This document shows, one piece after another, positions 22,901 through 35,761 of a DNA stretch of 37,691 nucleotides. The notes under the pieces were generated by a model. It saw only the letters and a program-made list of their open reading frames with translations, made no database searches and was not told the DNA's origin. Position 1 is the stretch's first letter; each line of letters begins with the position of its first letter. The DNA is from Atractiella rhizophila (lineage: Eukaryota), in contig MU271629.1 of NCBI GenBank assembly GCA_021432655.1, positions 1 through 37,691 on the forward strand. The letters run 5' to 3'. Position numbers and translations under genes: made by a program.

Positions 22901-24052
22901 AATCTGAGGAGGAGAAGAGGTCAACGAGGCTCATGCTCAACGCTACAAGGGAGCTCGAAGAACATATTGGCCCTGAGTTGAGTTGAGTTGGAGTTGAGAA
23001 GAACGATTGGATCGAGAGTGCATCAAAAGAACTTGAAGCTAATGAAAGATCCGCCCTGCGATTTGTTTGCTGTTGCAATCTTCCCTCAATACGTCTCGTC
23101 ATCAATTGATTGATAAGATAGGGCTGTACTTAACGAGTGTCGTTGCACTGTTTCATTATTTTTTGAAGTAAAACGGATTGCAGGTCCTCGCAAGTCCAAC
23201 CCATTTCCCTTTTACCCCTTCAGACACCCATCTGGGACGCATCCCGCACTCCTTGATCGGTTCGTAGGAGAACGTCATCTATTATAATTCCCAGAGGCTT
23301 TGCAATGCAGCCAAATATGGATACAAAAGAATAACAGGGCATGCAAGCAGAAAGCAGCGACAATCTTCTCCAGTAAATCCGAAGCTCGCGTTCCCGCCAG
23401 CTTGCAGCTGTTTGCAAGGACAACAAGAACTCGAGCTTGCCGCTCAAGATACGCATGAAGTGCGGCTCACAGGATAATGGATCATACTTTCACGTGTGGC
23501 GTGGGAAACGCTCAACTTGGCAGTGGACTGCTTACTCAAATCGATGTGGTGAAAAGTTGAAAGACCATTACCGCTGTTGGAACTTCACATCAAGGCAGCA
23601 CTGAACGCTGAAAACTTGTGGGACAATTTGAGATACCGACATGTTGAGTTGTTGAGTCTTATTGAGACTTGACAGGATGGAAATCCCGAGCTCCAAATTC
23701 GATTGGATTGGACAGCATAACTTATTTTCGGTTGACAGCGAAAGCAAAAGAAAAGCTGGACATGTGCACAAGCAAATCCGAAGGGACCATGTGCTCCTGT
23801 CCCACAGAGTGCTGCCTCGTGCCCTGGGTTCCGCGTTTCTGGGTCTCTTCGCCACGTTTTGAAAGTTTTCCGATATAAACGACGGGTTCGGTCGTTAACA
23901 AGCCCCATTCCGCGTCCGGAAGAACGAACTTAGATCTGCATTGTGGCCGTGTCCAAATAAAACTGAAGGACCCTCACCAATTGTCCAAGTTCTCCCCTTT
24001 GCATTCCCTCCGTCCGTGTACTTGCGCCAGGTCAACAATCAAGTCAGTCGAC

Positions 24053-25840
24053 ATGGCTTCCGCTTTCCCTGGTGGACAAATCCCTGCTAACATCCCTTAC
24101 ACGACCACCGACTTCGTACGTCCTTTCCCTCGGCTTTCGCTCTCTTCCTTAGCAGGAAGGCTGATGGAGTGTGGATCGTAGAAAGACCAGCTCCTACCGC
24201 TAATTATTGGAGTATACTTCTCCTTCGCGCTCTTTGGTGCGCTTTCTTTGCTCTCGTCTGCACCATCTGCTGACAAAGAATGGATCGATACAGGAGCAAG
24301 TTGTTTGCAATTTTACTATTGCGGCAAACTTCTGTATGCTGCTTTTTTTGGGAGGCAAAAGGGTCAAGAACTGATGAGTGGAACTGTGAAGAAAACGGTC
24401 GACAACAGACGAGAAATGGAATTGGGCCATATTGGGAGTCTTCCTTGCGTTTGACATAGCGGACACAATAGCAAAAAGTAAGCTTCTTCCATCTTTCTAA
24501 ACTCACCACGTCTCTTCAGTTGCAATCTGCGTACTCATGGCGACGCGTTGTTCCATTCAGGTGTGTTCTTCGCGGAGCAGGTCAAAGGAGCGACGGTCAA
24601 GGGTCTCGCGGCGGCTTTTTACCCTGTTAGTGTTTGCTTTGCGTTTCCAATGGATCCGCATGAATTGATGGATCGTGTCACAGACACAAAGCTCGATATA
24701 TCCTCTCGTCGCTATGGGAGGCTTGATCCCCTTCTTCGTTCACCTCTTTTACATTCGGTATGATATTCCTGTCACCATCCCCAAACACGAGATTGATATG
24801 ATGTGCTCTTTAGACGTATTGTGAGGATTTCACGAAACTGGAAGTTCCGGTACTACGTTTGGGCAATCCTTGTCGCTTGCTTCGCGACGAGTTGTGTCGC
24901 TGTCAGTCACCCTGATTCATGTTTCCCGGCCTTTCCTTCCTGTCTGATTCTATGGATGGACAGGTTGGATTCGCTTTCAAGAGCGCAGGTATTGGACTTC
25001 GTCCAGCCATCGATTACTTTCCAGATATCAAGACGGTGCCGATCCCGTGGCTCGCGGGAGACGCTGCCGTGGACGGAACCCTCTGTTTCCTCCTCATCGC
25101 TTATCTCGCCACTCAGCGATCCGACTTTACGCACACGAATGCCATCGTGACAAAGTGGATTGCCATCTCGTGCGCTCCGTTACCCTTGTCCTGTCGTCGA
25201 CGGCTGATGTGAATGGGGTTGGATAGTTTGGAGACTGGTTTGGTACCCGCTAGCGTTGCCCTGGCCGATATTCGTAAGCTTCTTCACTGATTCAGAGAAA
25301 GAATGCATTTTGAGCCTGCATACTTAGTGCTTGCTATCTACCACCCTGACAAGACCTATCATCTATGTGCCAACTTTATCCTGGCAAAGGTGTACATCAA
25401 CTCCGTAAGCTCTCCCTGCCTCCATGTGGAAAACCAATTGCTCATATCCTTTTATGCGGTGCTAGGTGCTCGTGCTCTTCCACACCATCACGCGGAACAG
25501 AGTCAAGGGCAACTCATCAACGATGAACAGTGGATCCGCTCCACGGTATATCAGCAAAAACAGCCGGGCGCCACTAGTTAGTTCCATTCTCCCTAGTAAC
25601 GAAGCGATGGGGTCAACTGATAACTTGATTTCCAATCATCATCGTACGCAGTTCTCCCAATCCATGGCCGTATCCGTCAACGTCAACACAGTGTCGGTCG
25701 ACCAGAGCCAGAATCCACACTCCCTCGACCTTGGACATCCCAACAATTCGGTGAGGGGAAGCACGGAGAAGTATCCTGGAACGGGCTATCTCGACCCAGA
25801 ACAAGCCTACCCTTCCTACTCGCACTCACCGAAAGCGTAA
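24053..25840 (+). CDS. DUF6534-type multi-pass membrane protein, multi-exon, intact
   Basis: Spliced product PLIIGVYFSFALFGASCLQFYY..DEKWNWAILGVFLAFDIADT..FFVHLFYIRRI..WLAGDAAVDGTLCFLLIAYL..TNAIVTKWIAISLETGLVPASVALAD..FILAKVYINSVL, the typical basidiomycete 7TM-like/DUF6534 pattern. Confidence 0.85.
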
Positions 25841-26487
25841 TCCGCTCGTCGAGATCTTACACTCTGCATTTTCCTTAATCATAATTGGTATCCCTACATC
25901 TTACACTTACTCTACCTCTTCAGTTAAGGGACTGTTGAATATCGCTTCGGCTTCATCACCTTACTTTCTTTGGATATTGCGACGATCTATACCCTCTTTT
26001 CTACGTGGCCATATCGCTGTTGTGTTGTGTACATGTTTCGAACTACTGCACGCCTTTTCACGACCAGAATATCATCTCTGTTCTTGTACAAACTTGAGCC
26101 CGACTCTGCGCAATAAACCTTTTGAATAGAAAAGAACAGGCCAAATTGAACAGGCTGCAACTTCGGCACGTGCATGATTTTGCTCAAACTTTTGCCATAT
26201 CCAATCCAGAATCCCCACTTTCGAAATTACCAAACCGAACCACCCATCAAAAGGTGTCCAAGCTAGTCCAAGTTTTCTCATATCTGTGAAGTGCTCTCCA
26301 TTGTCATGAAAGACAAGACTACACGGATACATCCATTGGTATCAACATGGTCTACAAATATTAAAATAAAGACACGATTTCCGACTGGATCTAGTACCAA
26401 TCTTTTTGACAAGCGTGAAAGCTACAGTGTTTATCTATTGACGAAACTGAGAGAGACGATGATATTGAAGGCCACAGTGCATAGGCG

Positions 26488-27534
26488 CTACTGAATGGAA
26501 ATATTGGCAATTCCGTCGATGAGCGAAGGTGAAGACTTCGGTTCCTCATCCTCCGGATGATTGGCTTGATCACGAACCATGAGTTCTGCCTCCCTCCTCT
26601 TCTTCTCAAACGCTCTACGCATCTTGAAATAGTCACGATGCAGACCACATTCCGTTTTCTCCTCTCCACTCCACCGACCGCTCCTCTCATCAGCATCTGC
26701 TGCGTCGTTATTCGGCTTCACCGCACCCGGTCTGGATGTAGAATGCCAATCGCCGATGCTCTTGTAGCCTTTATCGAGCAAGGGGTTGTAGAGGACATTA
26801 TGGGAGTCGATGTATGACTTCACTTCGGCGAATGTCCAGTTGCACAGTGGATTGACCTTGATCAAACCCGTTTCGTCGATCTCGAAAGGTTTTAGAGATG
26901 CGCGAGCAGCACCCTGAGACCGTCGACGACCAGTGATGACTGCTCGGACATCGAGCTCTTCGTATGCTCTTCGTGCTGGTTCGACCTATGCATCGGGGTA
27001 AGCCTTCACCCTTCACACGACCAGATCAACAATAAAACTGACCTTGACGAGATAGTCATAAGCCTCTGCATCGTTCTTCCAAAGTTCTTTGCCGTAAAGA
27101 TCCTCGAACTGTTTAGCTGTGCTCGCTGACTGAGGAGTATACGTAGAAACATCGACATCGTAAGTGAACTCGATTGCGTCCCGAAGGGCGAGCGTTTCCT
27201 GATCCCAAAATCCAACTCTCAGCACCCCTCCGCAGTCAACAACAACTCAACGCACAGGAAAGTGATATAACGAGTCAATAAAGATGACCGGAGGTTGCTT
27301 CATCCCCTTCTGTTCTCGTAGCTCTTTCATCATATGAAGAGCCGCCACTCCCGTCAATCCAAACGCAGTCGTCTGGAAGAGATTTGGGATATTTTCGATG
27401 GACCAGGTGAGTATTTCTTGCGGAGTTGCGTCTGAAAGTTGCTCATTGATGTCTTGTAGATTGTCGCTCGTCAAGGAGAAGAGAGAGGACGACGAAGTCG
27501 ATGGTGAAGGCATGGAACTCGATTCACCAGCCAT
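26488..27534 (-). CDS. MET16: Phosphoadenosine phosphosulfate (PAPS) reductase, 3 exons
   Basis: QTTAFGLTG, IFIDSLYHFP|ET, YDYLVK|VEPARRAY, ITGRRRSQG, KVNPL, YNPLLDKGYKSIGDWHST, ERSGRW and KTECGLH motifs. Confidence 0.96.
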
Positions 27535-27666
27535 TTTGACCGTTATTGCAAAGGTGAGCGTAATATGCCGTTTACTTCTCAATTCTAATATAGGGAGCTA
27601 AGTTTTTGCGCCTTTAAACAGCACTGATTGTTGCTCTTATATAACTATGCCATCAAAAAAGGCTCG

Positions 27667-27676
27667 ATGGCACCAT
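27667..27676. promoter_or_regulatory. CYS3/MetR-type sulfur-regulatory bZIP site ATGGCACCAT
   Basis: Exact match to the Neurospora CYS3 consensus ATGRYRYCAT, 133 nt upstream of the MET16 ATG. Confidence 0.55.
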
Positions 27677-28175
27677 TGGGATTATTCAATCAGCACGTGC
27701 CGATTGATAACTCAGGGCTGGTCGTTTGTCCGAGATCCGGCCTCGGACAAATAATGGCAACCACGCGTCAATGTGTCTTCAACCGTGAGGCCGTGAGGGG
27801 TCAGACAGCCACTTCCTCTCTCTCTCTGTACTGTAGATCCTCAGGTCTCTGTGCTCTGCGTGGTTCGCAGAGCTCCAGAATATTCTGTAATCTAGCACAC
27901 GGCGCCACGATTTTCGCTATACAAGTGGAGCAAGACGTGGAGGTGATAGAAAGAGCGGCATGACGACAGAAGTCCTGAGTAATCTGGATTGGATGATTGC
28001 TGATTGGCTAAGCACCGCGGATTGTATCGGCGTAAAAGCTTTTCTGCCATCATGATTCATGTCTCCTACCTTAAAATGAAGACGGAAGATGGTGATTGCA
28101 GGGGCATGAACGTATGGAACACTTGCACTTCTTACGAGAAAGAAAAATAATAGCATCGATAGAAAAACGAAAAGG

Positions 28176-31100
28176 TCAGTTGAGGAAGCCTGTCCACCAT
28201 TTGTCATCACTTTCCGCGGGTACAACAGATGGAGCTTACCTCTGCAACCAGGGGAGCCGCAAAGACAAGGAATCTGTGGACGTGTTTGAGTTACTTGACA
28301 AACGTAAGGAACAAAAAACTAACCTTTGATTCCTCGATAGGGAAATGATAATCATAAGTGATCTCGTCTCCAGCGTGAATGTCGACTTTAGCATAAATCA
28401 CAATCTTTTTCTCGCCGTTGATGGTGATGACTTTAGCGGTACAGTTAGGCGTGCAACAATGGTTGATCAGCCGACTATAAGTGCTTCCTCAATACTACAA
28501 GAATCAAGCGAGCAAGGAACGAACCCCAAGTTTCCTTTCTTCGTGGCATCGACGCACAGGTTGTCGTCAATTCTGAAGAGGTAGCTGCTTCCGATTCCTT
28601 GACGTTCGTATTGTTTCTCGCGTTTGTCCGCAACGGCATGACGAATGACTTCCCCAAGATACTACAAGCCAGTGAGTTCACGCAGGCATTACTTTGACTG
28701 GCGCCAACATACCTCAATAACCATTTCGCCTCTCGGAATGAGCTCCATTGAGAAAAGGCCCCAACTGTGAATGGGACTCCGGGCGAACTTGAGCTGCTTC
28801 TTCCGTGCGCGTAGCTGATTAAATTTGAGGATATCGGTATCCGAAGCAGCTGTCTTTCTGTGTTGCTCTATATCGAGAACGAGACGTCTCGTGTTTGCAC
28901 GAGCTGTTCGAGAGGCTGCGATTCCGGAAGTGGCGACTGTGGATAGGTCGACGATGGCCTTATTAGCATTTTGGAGGTAGGACATTTTGTCAGCAACAGA
29001 TATAGGGTAAAAGCCTTCTGTGCGGGCTGAGCCAGTATGATGATTACTTGATGGATCATCGGGTTCCTCCGGAGGATCCGGCTGCGTGATGTTCTGGCCA
29101 TTTCGTAGTCGTTGGAGAGCAAGCTGTATATAATACAAATCTTCGGTATCGTCTGCAAGTCCACATTCGAAGGGATTGGGAGGGGGTTCGTCGAACGTAT
29201 ATCGAATTGGAGGAAGTTTGCGTTTAGTTGGAGCAGCGGGAGGAAGGTGAACGGCATCTGTCTTCTTTGCTCTCTTTGATTTCTTCTTCGGCTGCAAAGC
29301 TTCGTCTTCCGATCCGAGTTGATAGAAATCGCGCTTGGTAGTGACAGTTGAGTCTGTGGGAGCAGGCGTCGGGAATCCTACCTCGATAACATTTTCGTCC
29401 TCGAGTCGTGAACCCTTCCGCCGTTTCTTCGGACTCTCAACCTCCTCTTCTTCTTCAAGCACGGGTTCGGCCTTTCGCTTCCTCCCTCTTTTTCCCTTCT
29501 CTTTCTTCACCTCTTCTTCTTTCTTCTTTGCCTCCTTCTTAGTAGACTCCGAACTGACTCCTCCAAGCATGGCCAGCAAGTCCTTCGCGAATGGATCTTC
29601 CTCCTCCTCCTTTTCCTCGTCCTCCGCCACTAGACGCTCTGACTCCGCCATCGGAGCTTCGGGAAGCTCTTCTTCCTCTTCCAGAATCGCCTCTTTGACC
29701 AAGGGACTACTCTCTACAGGCTTCTCCTTCAGCTTCCTCTTCGCAAAGCTTGGAAGCTGTAAGATGCTCTTCAAGCCCATGGGGGCTCCCTCGGCAGACA
29801 TTTGAGCCGCATTCGAGAGAGATGCTAAATATTGGGACGGTTGATCATCCTCCTTGTTCAGCACCTCCCACGCCTTCGGTTCGACATACTTCTTCTTCAG
29901 ATCCATTCGAAGAGCCTCAAGTAGATCCCTCACGATCAATTCCTTGGCTTCTGCCACCATCTCCTCGTCGGTCCACTTTGTCTTCCGGTTCGCTTGTTGA
30001 GGTGGAGCTTGCTGAGACTTTTGCTGGCTTTCGATGATTGACTGTGCGCTCTGACCTTGAGGCATCTGAGGACGCTGAGGCAGCCCGTTCGCAGCTCCTG
30101 CAGCTCCCAACGGCGTAGCATTCGGGCCAGACACTTTCGCCACTCGTTCAGGCCGCTGGGGCAGAGATGGATGGGTGGATAGCGTCTTCGAGGGTGGATC
30201 TTGTGGAGGAGGCGGGGGTGTTCTTCAGAGGGAGGAGGTGCAGGGCCTAATTTTGCTTTTGCGACGGCGGCCTGAAACTCAGCCTTGGCCGCCGCCTTAG
30301 CTGCTGCTTCAGCTTCAGCCTTCGCTGCCTCGCTTGCTGCCTTTGCTGCTGCAGCTTCGGCTTGGGCCTTCAACGCCTGAGCTTGCGCTTTGGCGTGAGC
30401 TGTCAGGGCGGCACGAATCTCGGCTAGTGTCGAGACGCGTGCAGGAGGAGGGTTGACTGTCAAGACGAGAGGGTATCCGAGGAATCGTTTGGAGCGATCG
30501 AGCACGACGGATGCATGACGAGCTGTTGTGGCATTGTTAAAAGTGACATACCAGCCGTGCAAGTCTGCTAAATACTAGATGTTCACATAACCGTCAGTTT
30601 ACTCTTGGAAAAAAAGGAAAGGACACACATCTTGTGGACGGTAGTTCTGAAAGAGCCGTCTCAACTCCATATCAGCTACCTGAGCAGTAGCTGGATTTTG
30701 AGACAGGGAAGATGCTCGCCGAGGGATGAAGCAATACGGGAACCCATTCGCAATGAGAGCCTTGATAATATCCCTCTTCTCCTTACAAACTGCCAACGGA
30801 ACCTCGACGTGATCATTATCACCAATGACAATGCTCCGTCCCAGTTCCGGTCGTCTTTCACGATTGCGCGGAAAGAAAATTTCCTGGTGTCGATCCTCCT
30901 CCTCCTCTTCTTCCTCTCCTTCGTCTTCCTCCTCCTCTTCCTCAGAACTCTCACTCTTCCCGCTCACGCTCTCAAGCTCCATATCTCCCTCACCTCTTTC
31001 CTCCATTTCTATCCGCTCCTTCTCTCTCAGTCTCTTCACTGCTTCCGCTGCAGCCTCAGCAATTGCAATCTTGGTCGCTGTAAAACTTCCAGCTTTATGC

Positions 31101-32983
31101 CCACCAACCCGAGGTCCAGCGGCACCACCTCCGCCCGCTCCTCGTCCCTGTGGTCCAAAAGCAGCATTGAATCGATCCCGCTCCGTATCCTGCGCCATCT
31201 GCGCCAGCATATGGATGGGTTGCCCTGGTCTAAAAGTACCAGTGGTCATAGGCGGCGCTAGTTGACCAGTGTGGGTGGAGACGAAGGTCTGCTGCATCGG
31301 TGGACGACCGAACTGAGAGGAGGGGTTCCAGGATGGCGGCGGACGGGTCCACCCTTTCGGTGCTGTTGGAGGAGGGGGTTTCGAGGTGGGCGGCGGAGGT
31401 GGTGGACGAGAGGGAGGAGGTGGGGGAATAGGAGGAGTCATTATTGGTGTCGAGGAGCTTGAAACTTGAGTTGTTATTGGTACCTGTGGTGATGGCGCAG
31501 GAAGAGTGGTGGGAAAATGCGGTGGAGCAGCGATCTGATTTGGAGGGACAAAGGGGAGATTGGCCCACGGATTGACTCCCCAAGCAGCCTTCGCGGTTGC
31601 AGCCGTAGGCGTTGTCATTCCGCTCGACCTCGCCATCACGGGCGGAGGAGGAGGATATCGCAGGTCGAGTTCTCGCTTGACCGCATTTGTGGTAAGCATT
31701 CCGTCCCCGTCCAATTCCACCCTTATAATGGCGTCCGCATTGGCCATGGTTCCGCTAACAAACCTCTTCCCATCCATCTTCTCCACCACGCCCTTCGCAA
31801 TCGCATTCCCATCCTGCACCAGCTCCCCAAAAGCCCGCCGTCGCTCAATCTCCCGCACACCTTCCCGCGTCTTTGCAAGGTCCCGGACGTCGTCGACGTA
31901 TTTAATCCAGCACAGACCGAGTGAGCCTCCAGTCTGAGGATCTAGCTTGATGGTGCACTCAGCTATGCGACCGTAAGTGGAGAAGACGCGTTGAATCGCG
32001 TCCTGGGTAGTGATTTTCGACAAACCAGAAATGAGAATTGCGGACGGAGGTGGAGGGGGAGGAGGGCCGACGGAGAACACGTCGTACTGTTCATTCAGAC
32101 GCCGTCACGCCCTCTAGAGTACGATAGAGGAAGGAAAGGGCGTACGGAATATTCAATACGTTCTAGCTCTGTTGTGGGCTTTCGCAAATTGCTAAACTCC
32201 CAGCATCTCCTTACATATTCCCCTCTCCCCATCTCCGCTCTCGGATCTCTTATACGACCTTTCACCCCCTCACCATTCTGCCTAATTATGGCTTCCTTCC
32301 CCTGCTTTATTACTCCTTTATCTAGTGAAGGGTCATAGGTGATCCTCCAATTTGGCTTACCGCGTGGATTGACGAGCAAGTCGGTCTCCGTGGGTCGCGG
32401 TATCTCGGGCTCTTCTTCTGGAGGTGGAGGAGGCGGAGGAGGGAGGGGAGGGGGGATTTCTGAGGAATAAAGCGATGAGCTACGAAGGCTGTTGGAGTTG
32501 TATGATGTGGACGGTGTTGAAGGCAAAACGCCGCCGTTCGAGTTGGACGGAGCTGTAGAATGCCCCGGTGAAGGAGGACGATCGTGGTTGTAGCCGTGCT
32601 GTGGATAGGAGGGTGGGAGACCACCACCGCCTCGTCCATTGCCGCGATACTGGTACTTGCCTCCACCAGGTCCATGGTGTCCTCCCCTCTGAAAGTGCGG
32701 CTGTTGGTGGTGCTGATAGTCGTTATGAAACCCATTCCCGCGTCCACCACCGCCACCACGGCCATACCCTCCCCCTCCCCCTCCCCCTCCACGATGAATG
32801 TGGTTGTGTTGGGGAAATGGCGCCTGGCGAGAGTTGTTGAAATACTGCCAGCCGCGTGAATCCGATCCTCCAGTTTTATTTCGAGGGCCAGTAGGGATAT
32901 TACCTCTCCCCCCTTCCACACGCCATGCGCACTCAGCACCACATCCAATCGACATGACATCGCGAAAACTCACGATCGCTCAT
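28176..32983 (-). CDS. SET1: Histone H3K4 methyltransferase SET1 (COMPASS), ~8 exons, one apparent 1-nt frameshift at 30214-30218
   Basis: WRITYDP; RRM ([29 protein letters not shown]); [13 protein letters not shown] ([34 protein letters not shown]); SET ([28 protein letters not shown]); post-[18 protein letters not shown]. Confidence 0.96.
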
Positions 32984-34082
32984 CCTCCGTCGTCGCCAGT
33001 CCGAGCACCGAACAATGACCTATGCTGTCCTACTGGAAAGCTCACTTATGCTATGAAAAAGAGACGGAGTGGTGCGTTTTTGAGGAGAAAGAAAGCGACG
33101 GAGGGGGGTCCAGCATGGCCCTAAGGGTAATTATCCAGTTTGTCGGTTCCGCCGACAAAACGACGTGTCGAGCAACTGAGTCGGACTTCTCGGAGTGATG
33201 AGACCAGCGTGGGCCTTGGCCAGGACCGTAGAGCGGTGGATTGGAGGCAATTCAGAAGTTGAATGAGTTCAGGAGGTGGCCTGGATAGCGAGAAATAATT
33301 TTCGCAAGGTCACTCTCGAAATGATGGGATATAGCGAAAGTATGGGCTCCTTCTGCGTTTGCTGAGGCTGGGAGATCGTTCAGGGCTACCTATGTCGCTT
33401 TTTTTAGGTCGTTTGGGCAAGTTGACTAGTTTAGATTTTGGATAGGGATATCACACCCTTCCTCGTCCTTTACGGGACGATTCAAGGGCTTCTTGGGAAC
33501 AAGGAGGTTGATCGTTATATGCTGGATGCTTTCTTGTACTCTACGTCCCCAAGTTCGACGAGAAAAATCATCTGTTCATTCAGATAGTTTGATGTAATTG
33601 CAGGGGGTTGCGCTTTACAACCGTGCAACTACATCTTGATGCTAGTCATCATAACATAACTTATGCGGCGCTAAATAGCGAATTTAACTATTCCAAGCGT
33701 TTATTCATTCTGCACTATTGCCAAACCTGTGATCATGGTTGTTGTTGGAAGTGTGCTCCGGGTGACAGTCACTTGCAGTCGAAAAGCTTTACCTGGCTTC
33801 CGACACCAGACAATATGCCGAAGGAATGGAGGACTACAATGTTGGTGTGCAGAATATGAGGATTGTTGCTCTAATTTACAACCTTAGGCTACCCCAAGTT
33901 CAGTGATACTTGTATCATCTGAGGCAAAGTTTGTTCCTTTGAAGATATTCTCACCAAATGTTCTTCTTCCAAGAAGTGTTTTCCATTACAGTATGTACAA
34001 ATCCAGTTGATCGACGAAACCTGAGCGAAATGGTACATATCCTATCTAGCTTCATAAAGCAATCCTCAAATCACTGTCATTG

Positions 34083-34789
34083 TCACTCCTCTCTCTCCAA
34101 CCAAGCCACTCCTCCACTTCTCACCTTCCCCTCAAATCCCCTATACCACTTTTCCACGACCTGCATCACCTCCCCATTCCCGCTTCCGAATCCCGACAAA
34201 TAATTGAACAAATTCTTCGCAACCTTTTGCGCCAATCCAACCGCATCGGTCTGTGGTGCGTTGGCAGAATTTGAGGCGGAGGGGAGAGTGGAGACCTGTG
34301 CGAGACAGGAGGAGAGGGGTTCAAGGGAAAGACCGAGCGTTGCTGTTACATCGGAAGAATTGATGGAGGAAGGGACGACTGCGGCACTTGTTTGAGAGGA
34401 GGTAGAGGGAGAGGGACGAAGACGGAAGATAGCGCTTGGTTTCTCATTTGATAACCTATTCAATCCTGCAATCAAGACTGTGCATCCAGACGTTAACTTG
34501 AACACAGAGTGACGCACATCCCAAGAAGCTGCCATTCCTCCTTCCCAGGTGCCAAAAAGTGTAAAGTCGCTCCAAAACCGTCAGGAAAGGGAGCTTTGAC
34601 GCATATCAGTTCCTTCTCCTTGAATAGGTCGGTAAAATCAAATCAGGGAAGAGACTCACTATCGGGTGTCAAGAAAACGACCAAATGGTTCAAATTGCCA
34701 GCGGCAGGTATCAGGAAAACCCACCGATTTGTGTCCACTTGTTGGGCATCGAGTTGGGGGAGACGACCGGGTATCAGAAGAGAGAACAT
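34083..34789 (-). CDS. OPI10: Hikeshi / OPI10 (DUF775) family protein, 3 exons
   Basis: MFSLLIPGRLP..NHLVVFLTP..FPDGFGATLHF..WQLLGMLSNEKPSAIFRL..TLGLSLEP..LAQKVAKNLFNYLSGF..VEKWYRGFEGK. Confidence 0.92.
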
Positions 34790-35675
34790 TGCTGATCGCT
34801 GTTCAGAGAGGACACCTTGGGACACAGAGGCAAAAGTGAATGCATAGCACCAATGGCAATGGCATCTCCCAATCAACCATGTAACAAATAGAGACAACCA
34901 TCTGGAAGATGCTGGAAAGAAAGAAACTATGGGTATTCGAGAACTTGCTTCATCAGCTTAAGGGAGTGGAATGCAGATGGAGTTGGCGTTAGATGGGTAC
35001 AATTGAGAATGCCTTTCTCGCTTGCAGAAGTAGAAGTACGTTCTCTGCTTACCAAGTTTGGAAACTTCTACTTCCTACGAACGAATAATCTCCATATATG
35101 TACTCACTTGACCATGCTGAACTTGAAGCTCTCAAAGGCGAGAGATCATGGAAAGTTCTTTACATATCTTATCCATCTATCACAAACAAGCTTATCAAGG
35201 ACTGTAGAATAGACAGGTCATTCTTGGAAATTTACATGAACCGTGGATTATACGCCGACCAGTCATTTTATAAGCCACCCCATTTCCAGAAGCAATTTGT
35301 TATCGCCCTACAGGAAAAGTTGCTTGCTTACGGAAGCTTACTCAAGAACGGTCAGGAAAATGACGCGAGCTGCTTAGGCTACCCTTGATTCCTGTCCTGT
35401 CCGTATGGCGTGCGAAGACGCTTAGACGCTGAACAAGTCGTTCGCGGCTCCGCGATTATGAGTTTTACCACCCTCTCTAGGTAGACATGAGTCGAAAAGA
35501 AGTTCAGTCCATTCGTGTGTAAGCTTCTCCCCGTAACGGCCCAACGAAATGTTGAGGAGCCGTTCTCTGGCCGTTCTGAGGAGGCAGAGAAGGAACCAAT
35601 CTCGCTCTGCATGCTCCTTCTTGTGAGCTTACACGTTTCGGGCTCTCGCTTACTATGTTCACTCTCTCCATCTAA

Positions 35676-35681
35676 TATAAA
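35676..35681 (+). promoter_or_regulatory. Putative TATA box
   Basis: TATAAA about 80 nt upstream of the ATG at 35762. Confidence 0.45.
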
Positions 35682-35761
35682 GGGGAGCGCCCATGGGGAC
35701 CTAAAACAACAGCTTCATCTAGAACCTCCACATCCTGTTTCCGCCAACCTCTAGCTTCCAG

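Noticed and set aside
19950..23900. Transposon or gene remnants in the 4-kb gene-poor interval
   Set aside because: No RT, integrase or transposase motifs, LTRs, TIRs or consistent exon chain could be recognised by eye; needs a RepeatModeler or tBLASTx search.
29335..32960. Numerous long overlapping and antisense ORFs over SET1
   Set aside because: Shadows of GC-rich, low-complexity Pro/Glu/Gly coding sequence.
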